Shown here: positions 25,722 through 34,807 of the stretch, piece by piece | How positions within the stretch are numbered: position 1 is the first letter of the stretch | Layout of the letters: each line of letters opens with the position of its first letter | From: a virus | Taxonomy: Duplodnaviria; Caudoviricetes | Virus record (IMG/VR): IMGVR_UViG_3300044709_000090 | Coordinates: 1-49,914 of that record | Length of the DNA stretch: 49,914 bases | Strand: one strand, 5' to 3' | Notes under the pieces: model-generated | The model's database searches: none | What the model was told of the DNA's origin: nothing | Seen by the model: only the letters and a program-made list of their open reading frames with translations | Made by a program: the position numbers and the translations under genes

Positions 25722-28700
25722 GTGCCCGCATCATCCGCCCCCACAACGGAAATCGGCTACGCGCAGGCACCCACGTACACCCCGATGCAGTTCGTCGACG
25801 AGACGACGCCCGAGCTCTGGTGGCCGCAGTCCATCTCGGTCTACGACCAGATGCGCCGCTCGGATTCGCAGGTGGCTTCGGTGCTTCGAGCGGTCACCTT
25901 GCCAGTCCGTCGCACGCCCTGGCGGATCGACCCCAATGGCGCCAGAGACGAAGTCGTGGAGTTCGTCGCCGACGACCTCGGGCTCCCTATCGTGGGCGCG
26001 AGCGAGCGGACCGCGCCGCGGTCGAAGGACCGCTTCTCGTGGCCGGAGCACCTGCGTCACGCCTTGCTGATGCTTCCATTCGGCCACGTCTTCTTTGAGA
26101 TGATTTACCGCGTCGACAACGGTGGCGAGCGCGCCCATCTGCGCAAGCTCGGTCCCCGGCTGCCGAAAACCATTGAGAAGATTGATGTCGCCGAAGATGG
26201 CGGACTCATCTCCATCACGCAGTACTGGACGCAGACTGATCGCCGGCCGCAGCCCATCCCGGTCAACCGACTCGTCGCCTATGTGCATGAGCGCGAGGGC
26301 GGGAACTGGCTGGGGCAGTCCATTCTTCGAAGCGCATACAAAAATTTCCTGCTAAAGGAGCGCCTTCTACGCGTTCAGGCGCAGACCATCGAGCGCAACG
26401 GCATGGGGATTCCGCTCTACAAGGACGCGGAAGGCGCCACCGACGCCGCGCACGCCGCGGGTCTCGCGATGGCCAAGGCCTGGCGCTCGGGCGAGGCCGC
26501 GGGTTCCGCCATCCCCTTCGGCTCCGACCTCACTCTCGTGGGTGTCTCGGGCACGCTGCCCGATGCGGATCCGGTGGTGCGCTACCACGACGAGGCCATT
26601 GCCCGCGCCGTTCTGGCGCACTTCCTGAACCTCGGCACGCAGACCGGCAGCTGGGCGCTCGGGACCACGTTCGCGGACTTCTTCACGATGAGCTTGCAGA
26701 CCTTGGCCGAGCAGATCGCCGACACAGCGACGCAACACATCGTCGAAGACATCATAGATGTGAACTGGGGTCCGGAAGAGCCAGCCCCAAAGATCGTTTT
26801 TGATGAGATCGGCAGCCGGCAACAAGCCACCGCACAGTCGTTGGTGGCCCTGTTCGGCGCCGGCGCGCTGACCCCGGACCAGCGGCTCGAGGAGTCGCTG
26901 CGCCAGCAGTACGGGCTGCCGCCCAAGGAGCAGCCGGCCGACGCGACTGGGACGGCCGCGCCGTTGCTACCGCCGGACCAGGCGCAGGCCCAGGGGCCAG
27001 CGCAGCCCGAGCCGGTGCTGGCGGGTGGTGTCGGCCCAAAAGTCGTTGACCAGCCCGTCTCCGCGTCCATCGACGACGATGAAGATGACGAACCGGGGCA
27101 ATTCGAGGACGTCGACACCGCCGCGCTCGTCGCCGCGGTGGCCGCGTTCTGCGGCGAGGTCCACGCGGCCGAGTTCAACGACAAGCTTCACCCGCGTGGT
27201 GCCGGTGGCCGGTTCCGTAACACCTTCGCCCGGATCGTGCGTGCGTTGGAGGACTGGGAGAACGGCGACAGTCCGAGCAACGCCAACCCGTTCGAGGGTC
27301 ACGGTTTCACCCGGGAGCAGCTGCGGGACGCGGCGAAGAAGCGTGGCGTGACGTTGCGCCGTGGCGCGTCTGAGTCCGACATCGTTGAGGCGCTCAAGGC
27401 CGACGTGCGGGTCAAGCGCGGCGGCGCCAAGTCCCCCGACGCGGGCAAGCCGGTGCGGTTCACGCTGACCGGCGGCGGCGAACCAAGGAAAGCCGGCCAG
27501 GTCAAGGGTCGAAACATCGCCGACGATCACGCCCTCATCTCTGCCGCCTTCGAGGCCGGTAAGGAGGGCGGCGAGTGGGGTCCGAGCGGCGCCGGCCTGG
27601 GCAGCCAACATGGCGGACGCTCCGAACCGGACGCGGGTGGTTACCAGGCTCATCTCTTCCTGGCGAAAGCCCAGGGTTTTGATGGACTCCCACGGGTAGT
27701 CGATGCAAGCGGGCCAGCCCGGAATGGTGAGTCCCGAGAGTGGGCAAAGCTAGAAAGCGCCGGATGGCGTCAGCTGTATCGGGGCTGGGGCTGGGGTCGC
27801 GGCGAGGGACCTAACGCGGACAAGACCGGCGAGGACATGGCCCGTGAGTACCTGTACGGGCCGCTCCATGTCGGTGGTGGTGTTGGCCTCGGCACCAATA
27901 TGTCCGACGACTTCGATGCTGCCGATAACTATGCCCGCAAGGACCGATACACGCGCATACCCGGCGGGGTAACCGCCAGCTTCCTGTTGGCGCCCGACGC
28001 CAAGGTGATCTCATACCCAGACGCGGTCAAGCGACGGGATGCGTACCTCGCCAAACTCCCAGCCGGCCCTGAACATGACGCTGAACGTGCAGTTTTTGAG
28101 GACCCAGGCACCTTCGCCATGGCGCTTGGTTACGACGCGATGGTCGCCACCCACGACGATCACCCCGTCGTCAAGCGGGGCACCGAAGAATGGGTCATCT
28201 TCAATCGCACTAAGGTCGCCGCATGGGAGGACAACCCTGAGGCGGCCAAGGCGTGGAAAGCAGCCCACAAACCAACCGTTGATTCCAAGCTCCGCAACCT
28301 CGATGTCGGTGTCTTCCACGAGAACGGCAAGCTCGCCCTGTGGGAGGTGTCCGACTCGGGTGAGCGCCGCAAGCGGGTGGCGCTGGTCGACGACCTGGCT
28401 GGGTTGGAGTCGTGGGCGGACGAGCACGGCGAGTCGGAGCTGGCGGGGTGGGCGCGCAAGGAGCGGGGCGGCGGGACTGGGGCTGGGGCTCCGGAGGCTG
28501 CCGACGTGCCAGCGAAGGCCGCGCCAGCCAAGAAGGCCACCACCGCGAGGACCGTCAAGACGGCAAAAAGCGCGATCGCTGAGGCGAAGCGTGAGGCCGA
28601 TGTCGAGGACGCCGCCGAACGTGCCGACGGGCTGTGGGTTGCGCCGCGTCACCCGTCGATGAACACCCCGTACGCCGCCGGCAAGGAACTCGACCGCTCG

Positions 28701-30239
28701 CACAACCAGGACCAGGCCGACGACGCGCTGGAGGGGCTGACTCTCGCCGAGCTGCGCGAGGTCGCCCAAGCCAAGGGCGTGGACACCACGGGGCGTACCG
28801 CCGAGCGGGTCCGGCGCGAGATCGTCGACGGGCTGACGCCGAAACGCCCGGACTGGCCGCCGACGTGGGAGCACGTTCCCGGCGCTGTTGATCGTGCACT
28901 TGATGATCTGGCCAAGGTGGACTGGTCGGCATCCGAGGGGCTGCCGATCGATCCGGGCCGCGGTGCGCTGGACCACCTCAGCTTGCGCGAGCACAAGGAA
29001 CTTGCCCGCCGCATCGGGCTTCCCATGGACGTTCTCAAGTCCAAGCCCGAATGGGGCGATGCCATACAGGGCGCCTTCGCGGCGGGCGCGAAGGCCACCC
29101 CAGCCAAGAAGGCCACCAAGGCCACCAAGGCCGCACCTACCGCCGCCCCCGACGTCAACGCCCTGCGCACCCTGGACACCGAGCACCGCCGCGACGCCCT
29201 GGACCTGCGCAAGGTCGACGACCTGAAGGCGTTGCTGCGCGAGCAGGGGCTGCCGGTGTCGGGCCGTAAGCGGGACCTGGTGGACCGGCTGGTGGGGCAT
29301 CTGGAGGGTGACGGCGGCGGGAAGCCGGCGGCGAAGGCTCCGGCGGCGGTCAGTGGCGTCTACAACGGACCCGTTTTCAAGATGCCGCAGAACGTTGATG
29401 AGGCAGACCTCGTTGCGCTGCGGGGCCTTCTTCAGGGGGAACACGCGGGCACCCTGACGCCCGAAGAGTATTCGCGCTTGTTCGACCTGCGGGCCAAGCT
29501 GTCCAGGACGGTCGTCGGGCGCGTACAACAGGATGTCGATATCGACTCGTATTTCAATCGATTCCGTGAGGAGCGCGGGATCGGCGGATCGTCCGATTCG
29601 GTCCAGGCCCAGATGGCCGATCATCTGAAGGCTACTTTTGCCGACAGAAAGGTTGCGGTTCGGGTGACACCGACCAACCTCGGCAAGATTCTCGATGACG
29701 GTCGGATGAAGACCCAGTTCGAGTCCGGAACGAGTTCTGGACTGTTCCTCAGGGACACACGGAGTGAACTTGAGGGCCGCTTGTTCGGCCTGGCCGAGGA
29801 CGCGGACCCGAAGATCAGGCCAATCTATGGTTACGTCATGATCGACGGCGAAAGGCCGGCGGGGGTTCGAGAAACCGATGCGCTCTCAGCCTATGGACGC
29901 ATACAGGTCGTATTGAAGGATTCTGTGCGAGACCGGACTACGGCGATGATCGGAGACTCCCTCGACCTGTTCGGCGTCGGCAGGCCAAGTCCGATCAACA
30001 ACCCCGATTGGCGCTCGTTCACCCCATTGAGCCGTGGCAGTTTCGGAAGAGCGCTCGGAGATCAGGGCATAGACCGCACATACGGCGACGCTTTCCACAA
30101 GGATCTCTACGCTGAGGCCCAAATTCATGGTGGGGTCAACGTGAGCGACATCGAGGAGGTCGTCCTTCCCGGCCCGCCGTCAGCCGCGCTCCGCAGGCAA
30201 CTGGATAAGGCGGGGATCAAGTGGCGGGTGCTGAAATGA
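25722..30239 (+). CDS. DUF935-type portal protein fused to a ~1100-aa cargo extension (HeH/SAP motifs, two ART-like domains)
   Basis: YDQMRR.D.QV; FGH.FFE; G.SILRSAY; GSWALG; uninterrupted frame to 30239. Confidence 0.9.
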   Translation: MPASSAPTTEIGYAQAPTYTPMQFVDETTPELWWPQSISVYDQMRRSDSQVASVLRAVTLPVRRTPWRIDPNGARDEVVEFVADDLGLPIVGASERTAPRSKDRFSWPEHLRHALLMLPFGHVFFEMIYRVDNGGERAHLRKLGPRLPKTIEKIDVAEDGGLISITQYWTQTDRRPQPIPVNRLVAYVHEREGGNWLGQSILRSAYKNFLLKERLLRVQAQTIERNGMGIPLYKDAEGATDAAHAAGLAMAKAWRSGEAAGSAIPFGSDLTLVGVSGTLPDADPVVRYHDEAIARAVLAHFLNLGTQTGSWALGTTFADFFTMSLQTLAEQIADTATQHIVEDIIDVNWGPEEPAPKIVFDEIGSRQQATAQSLVALFGAGALTPDQRLEESLRQQYGLPPKEQPADATGTAAPLLPPDQAQAQGPAQPEPVLAGGVGPKVVDQPVSASIDDDEDDEPGQFEDVDTAALVAAVAAFCGEVHAAEFNDKLHPRGAGGRFRNTFARIVRALEDWENGDSPSNANPFEGHGFTREQLRDAAKKRGVTLRRGASESDIVEALKADVRVKRGGAKSPDAGKPVRFTLTGGGEPRKAGQVKGRNIADDHALISAAFEAGKEGGEWGPSGAGLGSQHGGRSEPDAGGYQAHLFLAKAQGFDGLPRVVDASGPARNGESREWAKLESAGWRQLYRGWGWGRGEGPNADKTGEDMAREYLYGPLHVGGGVGLGTNMSDDFDAADNYARKDRYTRIPGGVTASFLLAPDAKVISYPDAVKRRDAYLAKLPAGPEHDAERAVFEDPGTFAMALGYDAMVATHDDHPVVKRGTEEWVIFNRTKVAAWEDNPEAAKAWKAAHKPTVDSKLRNLDVGVFHENGKLALWEVSDSGERRKRVALVDDLAGLESWADEHGESELAGWARKERGGGTGAGAPEAADVPAKAAPAKKATTARTVKTAKSAIAEAKREADVEDAAERADGLWVAPRHPSMNTPYAAGKELDRSHNQDQADDALEGLTLAELREVAQAKGVDTTGRTAERVRREIVDGLTPKRPDWPPTWEHVPGAVDRALDDLAKVDWSASEGLPIDPGRGALDHLSLREHKELARRIGLPMDVLKSKPEWGDAIQGAFAAGAKATPAKKATKATKAAPTAAPDVNALRTLDTEHRRDALDLRKVDDLKALLREQGLPVSGRKRDLVDRLVGHLEGDGGGKPAAKAPAAVSGVYNGPVFKMPQNVDEADLVALRGLLQGEHAGTLTPEEYSRLFDLRAKLSRTVVGRVQQDVDIDSYFNRFREERGIGGSSDSVQAQMADHLKATFADRKVAVRVTPTNLGKILDDGRMKTQFESGTSSGLFLRDTRSELEGRLFGLAEDADPKIRPIYGYVMIDGERPAGVRETDALSAYGRIQVVLKDSVRDRTTAMIGDSLDLFGVGRPSPINNPDWRSFTPLSRGSFGRALGDQGIDRTYGDAFHKDLYAEAQIHGGVNVSDIEEVVLPGPPSAALRRQLDKAGIKWRVLK

Positions 30240-30529
30240 AGGTTGAGGCGGTCCGGGACGACGGATCCCTCATGATTACCAGCGGCCCCGTCGCAGCGAT
30301 CCACTCGACTGAGGGCACGTGGGTCGTCTCCAGGGATTCGGCGCTGGCCAGGGGCTCATGGAGTCACACGGATGTCCCTCTTCCCGAGGGTCTTCCGGAG
30401 GATCTCCCCGAGCGGATGACCGCCAAACTCGCAGAGCTGCGTCAGTACGGGCCGCTGGAAGTTGCCGCAGACGATCCCGCCCTCGACCAGATCCGCGCCA
30501 TGGTCGAGCAGGTTGACGAGGAACTATGA
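30236..30529 (+). CDS. Small acidic protein, candidate immunity partner
   Basis: ATGA-coupled to the C-terminal cargo domain. Confidence 0.65.
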   Translation: MKVEAVRDDGSLMITSGPVAAIHSTEGTWVVSRDSALARGSWSHTDVPLPEGLPEDLPERMTAKLAELRQYGPLEVAADDPALDQIRAMVEQVDEEL

Positions 30530-31344
30530 CCACCGTCGTCACTGCGGTGAACTACGACGACGCCAAGCATCCGCGCGTCCTCACCGGCCCCGAGGGCGGG
30601 CAGTTCGCCGCCACCTCGACCACCAAAGCGACGACGAAGACCAGGACGCCCGCTACGCCCGCTACACCGGCCCGCCGGGCACCTGCCGCCGCACTGCCCG
30701 ATGGGCTGGCACGCGGCCGAGCCAACAGCCCGACCGCCGTGAAGCGCCTGCAGCGACTCATCAAGGCCCTGGGTCTGGGCGACCTGGCGCCAGACGGCGT
30801 CTACGGCCCGGCCACCGAGGCGGCGGTGAAGGCGGTTCAGGCAAGGCTGGGCATGAAGCAGACCGGTGTGGCGTCGCCGGCGGTGGTTCAGCGGTTGAAG
30901 ATCGCCAAGGCGTTGTCGCCATGCGTTGGTCACGCGGTGAAGGCGGCGGGTGGGCCGGACGACGGCGACCTGCCGGAGCAGGACGACACCGAGGAGTTCG
31001 ACCTCGACGACGATGAGTCCGAAGTGGACGTCGGCATTGATCTGTTCGACGACGATGATTTCCCGGACGACGACGCCCCTGTCCTCGCCGCGCTGGGGCA
31101 CGATGTCACGCCGGGGCACGACCAGTTGCATCACTGGTGGGTGTTCGGAAAAGGCCGAGCCCGCTGGCGGACCTGGACTGAGCTATACGACCAACTGGCG
31201 ACGATCCCCGAAGTCGGTCCGGTCAAGGCCGCCGTGTATGCCTCCGCCTGGTTCCACGACAGGTACGGCTATTGGAGCGGAAGCGATCTCAATCGCGTCA
31301 GGAACGGTAAGCCCCCAAGAGGATCCAAGATAGGGCCAGGCTGA
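30526..31344 (+). CDS. Head-associated polyprotein: HPR motif, peptidoglycan-binding domain, acidic linker, Trp-rich domain
   Basis: VKRLQRL..DGVYGPATEAAVKAVQ..G...TGV. Confidence 0.8.
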   Translation: MTTVVTAVNYDDAKHPRVLTGPEGGQFAATSTTKATTKTRTPATPATPARRAPAAALPDGLARGRANSPTAVKRLQRLIKALGLGDLAPDGVYGPATEAAVKAVQARLGMKQTGVASPAVVQRLKIAKALSPCVGHAVKAAGGPDDGDLPEQDDTEEFDLDDDESEVDVGIDLFDDDDFPDDDAPVLAALGHDVTPGHDQLHHWWVFGKGRARWRTWTELYDQLATIPEVGPVKAAVYASAWFHDRYGYWSGSDLNRVRNGKPPRGSKIGPG

Positions 31345-31389
31345 TCTGATCACGGTCGCCAGCCCACGTACCGAAAGGTAGGTGGGCTG

Positions 31390-32706
31390 ATGACGCATGC
31401 CCTCGAACAGCCCAGCGGCCAGGAAACGCGCGATGCCCTGGTGTCCGCTGCCGCCGAATATGCACACACCGAAGCCAAGCACTACGCCGATCCTGGCTAC
31501 CAAAGCGACGGCAAGAGGCGCTATGCACTGGATTCCGAAGCACAGTGCCGAGCCGCGTGGAGCTATATCAACCAGCCCGACAACGCGGCCAAGTACAGCC
31601 CCGAGGACCTGAAGAAGGTCAAGGCCGCAATCAAGGCCGCCGGCCGCAAGTACGGCATCGACTTCGCCGAGGACAACAAGGTCACCGCCACCGCCGAACT
31701 GCGCGACATCGAGTTGGCCCGCGCCGGTTCTTGGAAGCTCGCCAGTGGACCGCTCGAGGTGAGCGACGAGATGCTTGCCGACGCGGCCCGCTTCGCCAAC
31801 CGCGAGGGCGCCCGGCCCGGCTATCTGAAGATCGGCCACACCGATACCCGCTTCATGGCCGGCGACGGCGAGCCCGCACTCGGCTGGCTGCACAACATCC
31901 GCCTCGAAGAGGACGACGAGGGTCACGTCCTGAAGGGCGACCTGCACGACGTCCCCGACTGGCTCGCCGAGGCCATCCCGCGCCATTGGCCGGATCGAAG
32001 CATCGAAGGCTATGCCGACTACACCCACGACGGCCAGCAGTACGGGCTCGTCGTGGACGGTCTGGCTCTGCTCGGTGTGACCCCGCCCGGTATGCCGTCG
32101 ATCCGTTCGCTGCGCGATCTGCCCGCCGCTCTCGGTGTGGCCGCGTCCGGCGCGCTGGAACCCAACGGCACCCGCATCGTCGCCAGCTTCGGCGACCCAC
32201 CTTCTCCCGCCTCGTATGCGGAAGATCCACCACCAATCAGCAAAGGAGCCGGGATGGAGCCGGACGAAATCCGAGAGGCGCTGGGTCTGCCGTCAGACGC
32301 CTCCCCCGATGAGGTTCACGCCGTCGTTGACGGTGCGTTCCCTCGGGCGACGCCGGTCGCGGCTTCCACCGCGCCCGGGACCATCGTGCTCGCCAGCTCG
32401 ACGTACGAGCAGATGCAGCGCGATATCAAGGTCCTGACCGACCATGTGGCGAAGACCAAGCGCGACGAGCGCGACGAGATCATCGCCAAGGCGGTCCAGG
32501 CCGGCAAGTTCACCCCGGCCCAGAAGATCCACTTCTCGAAGTTGTGGGACGCCGATCCCGACGGCACCCGCGCGGTCATCGACAGCCTGACGCCCAACTC
32601 GGCGCTTGCGGTGATGGCGTCGGGCTACGCCGGTGAGGGTGTCGAGGCGGACGAACTCGACCGCGAGATCGAGCGTCTGAGCCCGCCGAAGGGGAAGGTG
32701 GCCTAG
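31390..32706 (+). CDS. DUF6582 plus Mu-like prohead protease plus scaffold
   Basis: YADPGY..KRRY.LD..RAAWSYIN; KIGH..EPALGW..RSIE..ALLG..PP; AV.AGK..PA..W..D. Confidence 0.85.
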   Translation: MTHALEQPSGQETRDALVSAAAEYAHTEAKHYADPGYQSDGKRRYALDSEAQCRAAWSYINQPDNAAKYSPEDLKKVKAAIKAAGRKYGIDFAEDNKVTATAELRDIELARAGSWKLASGPLEVSDEMLADAARFANREGARPGYLKIGHTDTRFMAGDGEPALGWLHNIRLEEDDEGHVLKGDLHDVPDWLAEAIPRHWPDRSIEGYADYTHDGQQYGLVVDGLALLGVTPPGMPSIRSLRDLPAALGVAASGALEPNGTRIVASFGDPPSPASYAEDPPPISKGAGMEPDEIREALGLPSDASPDEVHAVVDGAFPRATPVAASTAPGTIVLASSTYEQMQRDIKVLTDHVAKTKRDERDEIIAKAVQAGKFTPAQKIHFSKLWDADPDGTRAVIDSLTPNSALAVMASGYAGEGVEADELDREIERLSPPKGKVA

Positions 32707-32708
32707 CC

Positions 32709-33095
32709 ATGGCTGACTACACACCCGTCTACACCGGCGGCGCCCAGCCGTTCACCGCCACCACGGCCGGCGCGGTGGTCGGGGGCAATGTGCTGATCTG
32801 GTCAGCATCCGGTGTCGTCACCGTCTCCGGTGCCGACTCGACCGCCGTGTGCGGGGTCGCCGCCCACGACGCCGCGTCCGGCGCCAAGGTCACCGTGTGG
32901 CCGATCGAGCCGTGCGTGCACGAGCTCGTCGCCTCCGGTGCCATCACCGCGCTCGCCGGCGTCGTGTCCGACGCCTCCGGTCAGGTCAAGACCGCCACCA
33001 TCGCCACCGCAGCCGCGGCGGCGACCCTCATCGGCGTGGCCGCGACGACAGCTGCGGGTTCCCCGCTCAAGCTGCGCGTCCAGGGCCGCCGGTAA
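32709..33095 (+). CDS. Capsid decoration/cement protein (DUF2190-like), copy 1
   Basis: GVAAHDAASGAKVTV..ASGAITA..IGVA.TTA. Confidence 0.8.
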   Translation: MADYTPVYTGGAQPFTATTAGAVVGGNVLIWSASGVVTVSGADSTAVCGVAAHDAASGAKVTVWPIEPCVHELVASGAITALAGVVSDASGQVKTATIATAAAAATLIGVAATTAAGSPLKLRVQGRR

Positions 33096-33115
33096 ACCCC
33101 GAAAGGAGATAGGCC

Positions 33116-34057
33116 ATGCCTTACGCATTCCCTGCGGCAGCGCCCACCCTTTCGGGCGACCTGCTCACCATCAGCCGGTTCCTGTCGGACCCGACTAGGA
33201 TCCAGCGCCGCCTACGCGACGCCACCGACCTGCGGTTCGTCGCCGATCAACTGCTCAAGGACCGCCAGCGGGCCAGTGGCGGCGCGGTCCTGTATGACAT
33301 GACCGAGCCGTTCATCACGGACCGCACGGTCGAGGCCGTGTCGCCTGGTTCGACGTATCCGTACGCCAACCTGGCCACCGGTACGGCCGGTATCGCGGCG
33401 GTCTCCAAGTGGGGGCAGAAGGTTCTGCTCACCGATGAGGAGATCACCCGCAAGTCGTGGCCGATGTCGGCGGTTGACCGGGCCCTGACGAAGGTCGCCA
33501 CCACCATCATCAAGCAGGTTGATACGGTGGCCATGGCGGCGATCGGGACCGCTATCACCGCCGAGGTCGCCACGGTCGGTTCGTGGGACAACGCGACTCC
33601 GGCCAACCGCAAGCCGCTGGACGACATCCTGCTCGGCATCCAGGCGATCGAAGATCTGAACCTTGGGTACCGGGCGGACACGCTGGTGGTGTCGCCGAAG
33701 GCGTACACGTACCTGATGCTCAACGACGCGATTGCGCAGTTGCGTAAGCGTGAGACGTCCGACAACCCTGTCTACACGGGCGTGATCGAGACGGTGGCGA
33801 ACCTGACCGTCGTCAAGACGCCGAACCTTCCGGTCATCACCCGGGCGTGGATCATCGACTCCAACCAACTCGGCGGCATGGCCGACGAGAAGGCCGACGC
33901 GCCCGGATATGCCCAGATGGGCGGGTTCGCGGGTCTTGAGGTCAAGCCCATTCGCAGGGAAGACCAGGACGCCTGGGACCTGCAGGCACGCCGCCTGACG
34001 GTTCCGTACATCCAGGAGACCGGCGCCGGCTACGAAATCACCGGTGTGGTGAGCTGA
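33116..34057 (+). CDS. Major capsid protein
   Basis: AAAGGAG RBS; V.PG..YP; KWG....TDE; position after scaffold. Confidence 0.9.
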   Translation: MPYAFPAAAPTLSGDLLTISRFLSDPTRIQRRLRDATDLRFVADQLLKDRQRASGGAVLYDMTEPFITDRTVEAVSPGSTYPYANLATGTAGIAAVSKWGQKVLLTDEEITRKSWPMSAVDRALTKVATTIIKQVDTVAMAAIGTAITAEVATVGSWDNATPANRKPLDDILLGIQAIEDLNLGYRADTLVVSPKAYTYLMLNDAIAQLRKRETSDNPVYTGVIETVANLTVVKTPNLPVITRAWIIDSNQLGGMADEKADAPGYAQMGGFAGLEVKPIRREDQDAWDLQARRLTVPYIQETGAGYEITGVVS

Positions 34058-34058
34058 C

Positions 34059-34454
34059 ATGCCCGTCGTCTCCGGATCGATCCTTCGCAGTGCCAACCAT
34101 CTGCACGAGGGCTTCGAGGTCATCTACTCGGGCTCCACGGCTTCGGCCACCATCACCGCGGATCAGCTTCTCGAGGTCACCGGCGATGGCACTCTCGGCC
34201 CGGCTGGTGCTGCCTCGGCCGCGGTGGTCGGCTTCGCGCTCGCCGGCGCGGCCAGTGCCGCGCCGGTCAAGGCGCTCATGTTCGGGCCGGTACTGAGCCT
34301 CACGTCCAGCGGTGCCATCACCGCCGGAGCCAAGGTTGTCGCGGGGGCAGCGGGGGTGGTGACGACCATCGGCGCGAACACGTTCGAGAAGATCGTCGGC
34401 ACAGCGCTGACCACCGCGGCTGCCAACGTAGTCAGGGTGGTGATGCACACGTGA
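34059..34454 (+). CDS. Capsid decoration/cement protein (DUF2190-like), copy 2
   Basis: VVGFAL..A..SSGAITAGAKV..IVGTALTTA. Confidence 0.75.
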   Translation: MPVVSGSILRSANHLHEGFEVIYSGSTASATITADQLLEVTGDGTLGPAGAASAAVVGFALAGAASAAPVKALMFGPVLSLTSSGAITAGAKVVAGAAGVVTTIGANTFEKIVGTALTTAAANVVRVVMHT

Positions 34455-34801
34455 GTACCCGTCGAGCGCGCGTCGTCGTTGCGTACGCGACCGTGAAACT
34501 CATCGATCCAATCAGTGGCAAGTGGACCGTGCGCGGCTTCGACAATGGCGCCATCTTCCCCGAGAACGCCGACCCGGAGAACGTGGCCAGTTTGGTCCGT
34601 CGCGAGTATGCCGAATGGCTGGACGCGGACGACGCGAAGGCTGCCGACAAGCAGGAAGCGGAGGCCGACAAGGCCGAGGCGGCCGCTACCAAGCAGCGTG
34701 CCGCGGACATGGAGGCGGCCGCCAAGGTAGACGAGGAGCCGGCAGCTGAGTCCAAGGAGCAGCCGAAGAAGGCCGCCGCCAAGTCCAGCGACGGCAAGTA
34801 G
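34451..34801 (+). CDS. Head accessory protein with Ala/Lys/Glu-rich tail
   Basis: GTGA-coupled, position. Confidence 0.65.
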   Translation: MSTRRARVVVAYATVKLIDPISGKWTVRGFDNGAIFPENADPENVASLVRREYAEWLDADDAKAADKQEAEADKAEAAATKQRAADMEAAAKVDEEPAAESKEQPKKAAAKSSDGK

Positions 34802-34807
34802 CCGACC

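Noticed and set aside
28011-29624. Long antisense ORFs (this 537-aa one, 3468..4709, 11155..12291, 34163..35374 and others)
   Set aside because: These are shadow frames of high-GC genes with no recognisable motifs.
26930-30239. Intein or intron in the portal gene
   Set aside because: No C/S...HN splice motifs or LAGLIDADG domain were seen, and the portal sequence does not resume after the extension.
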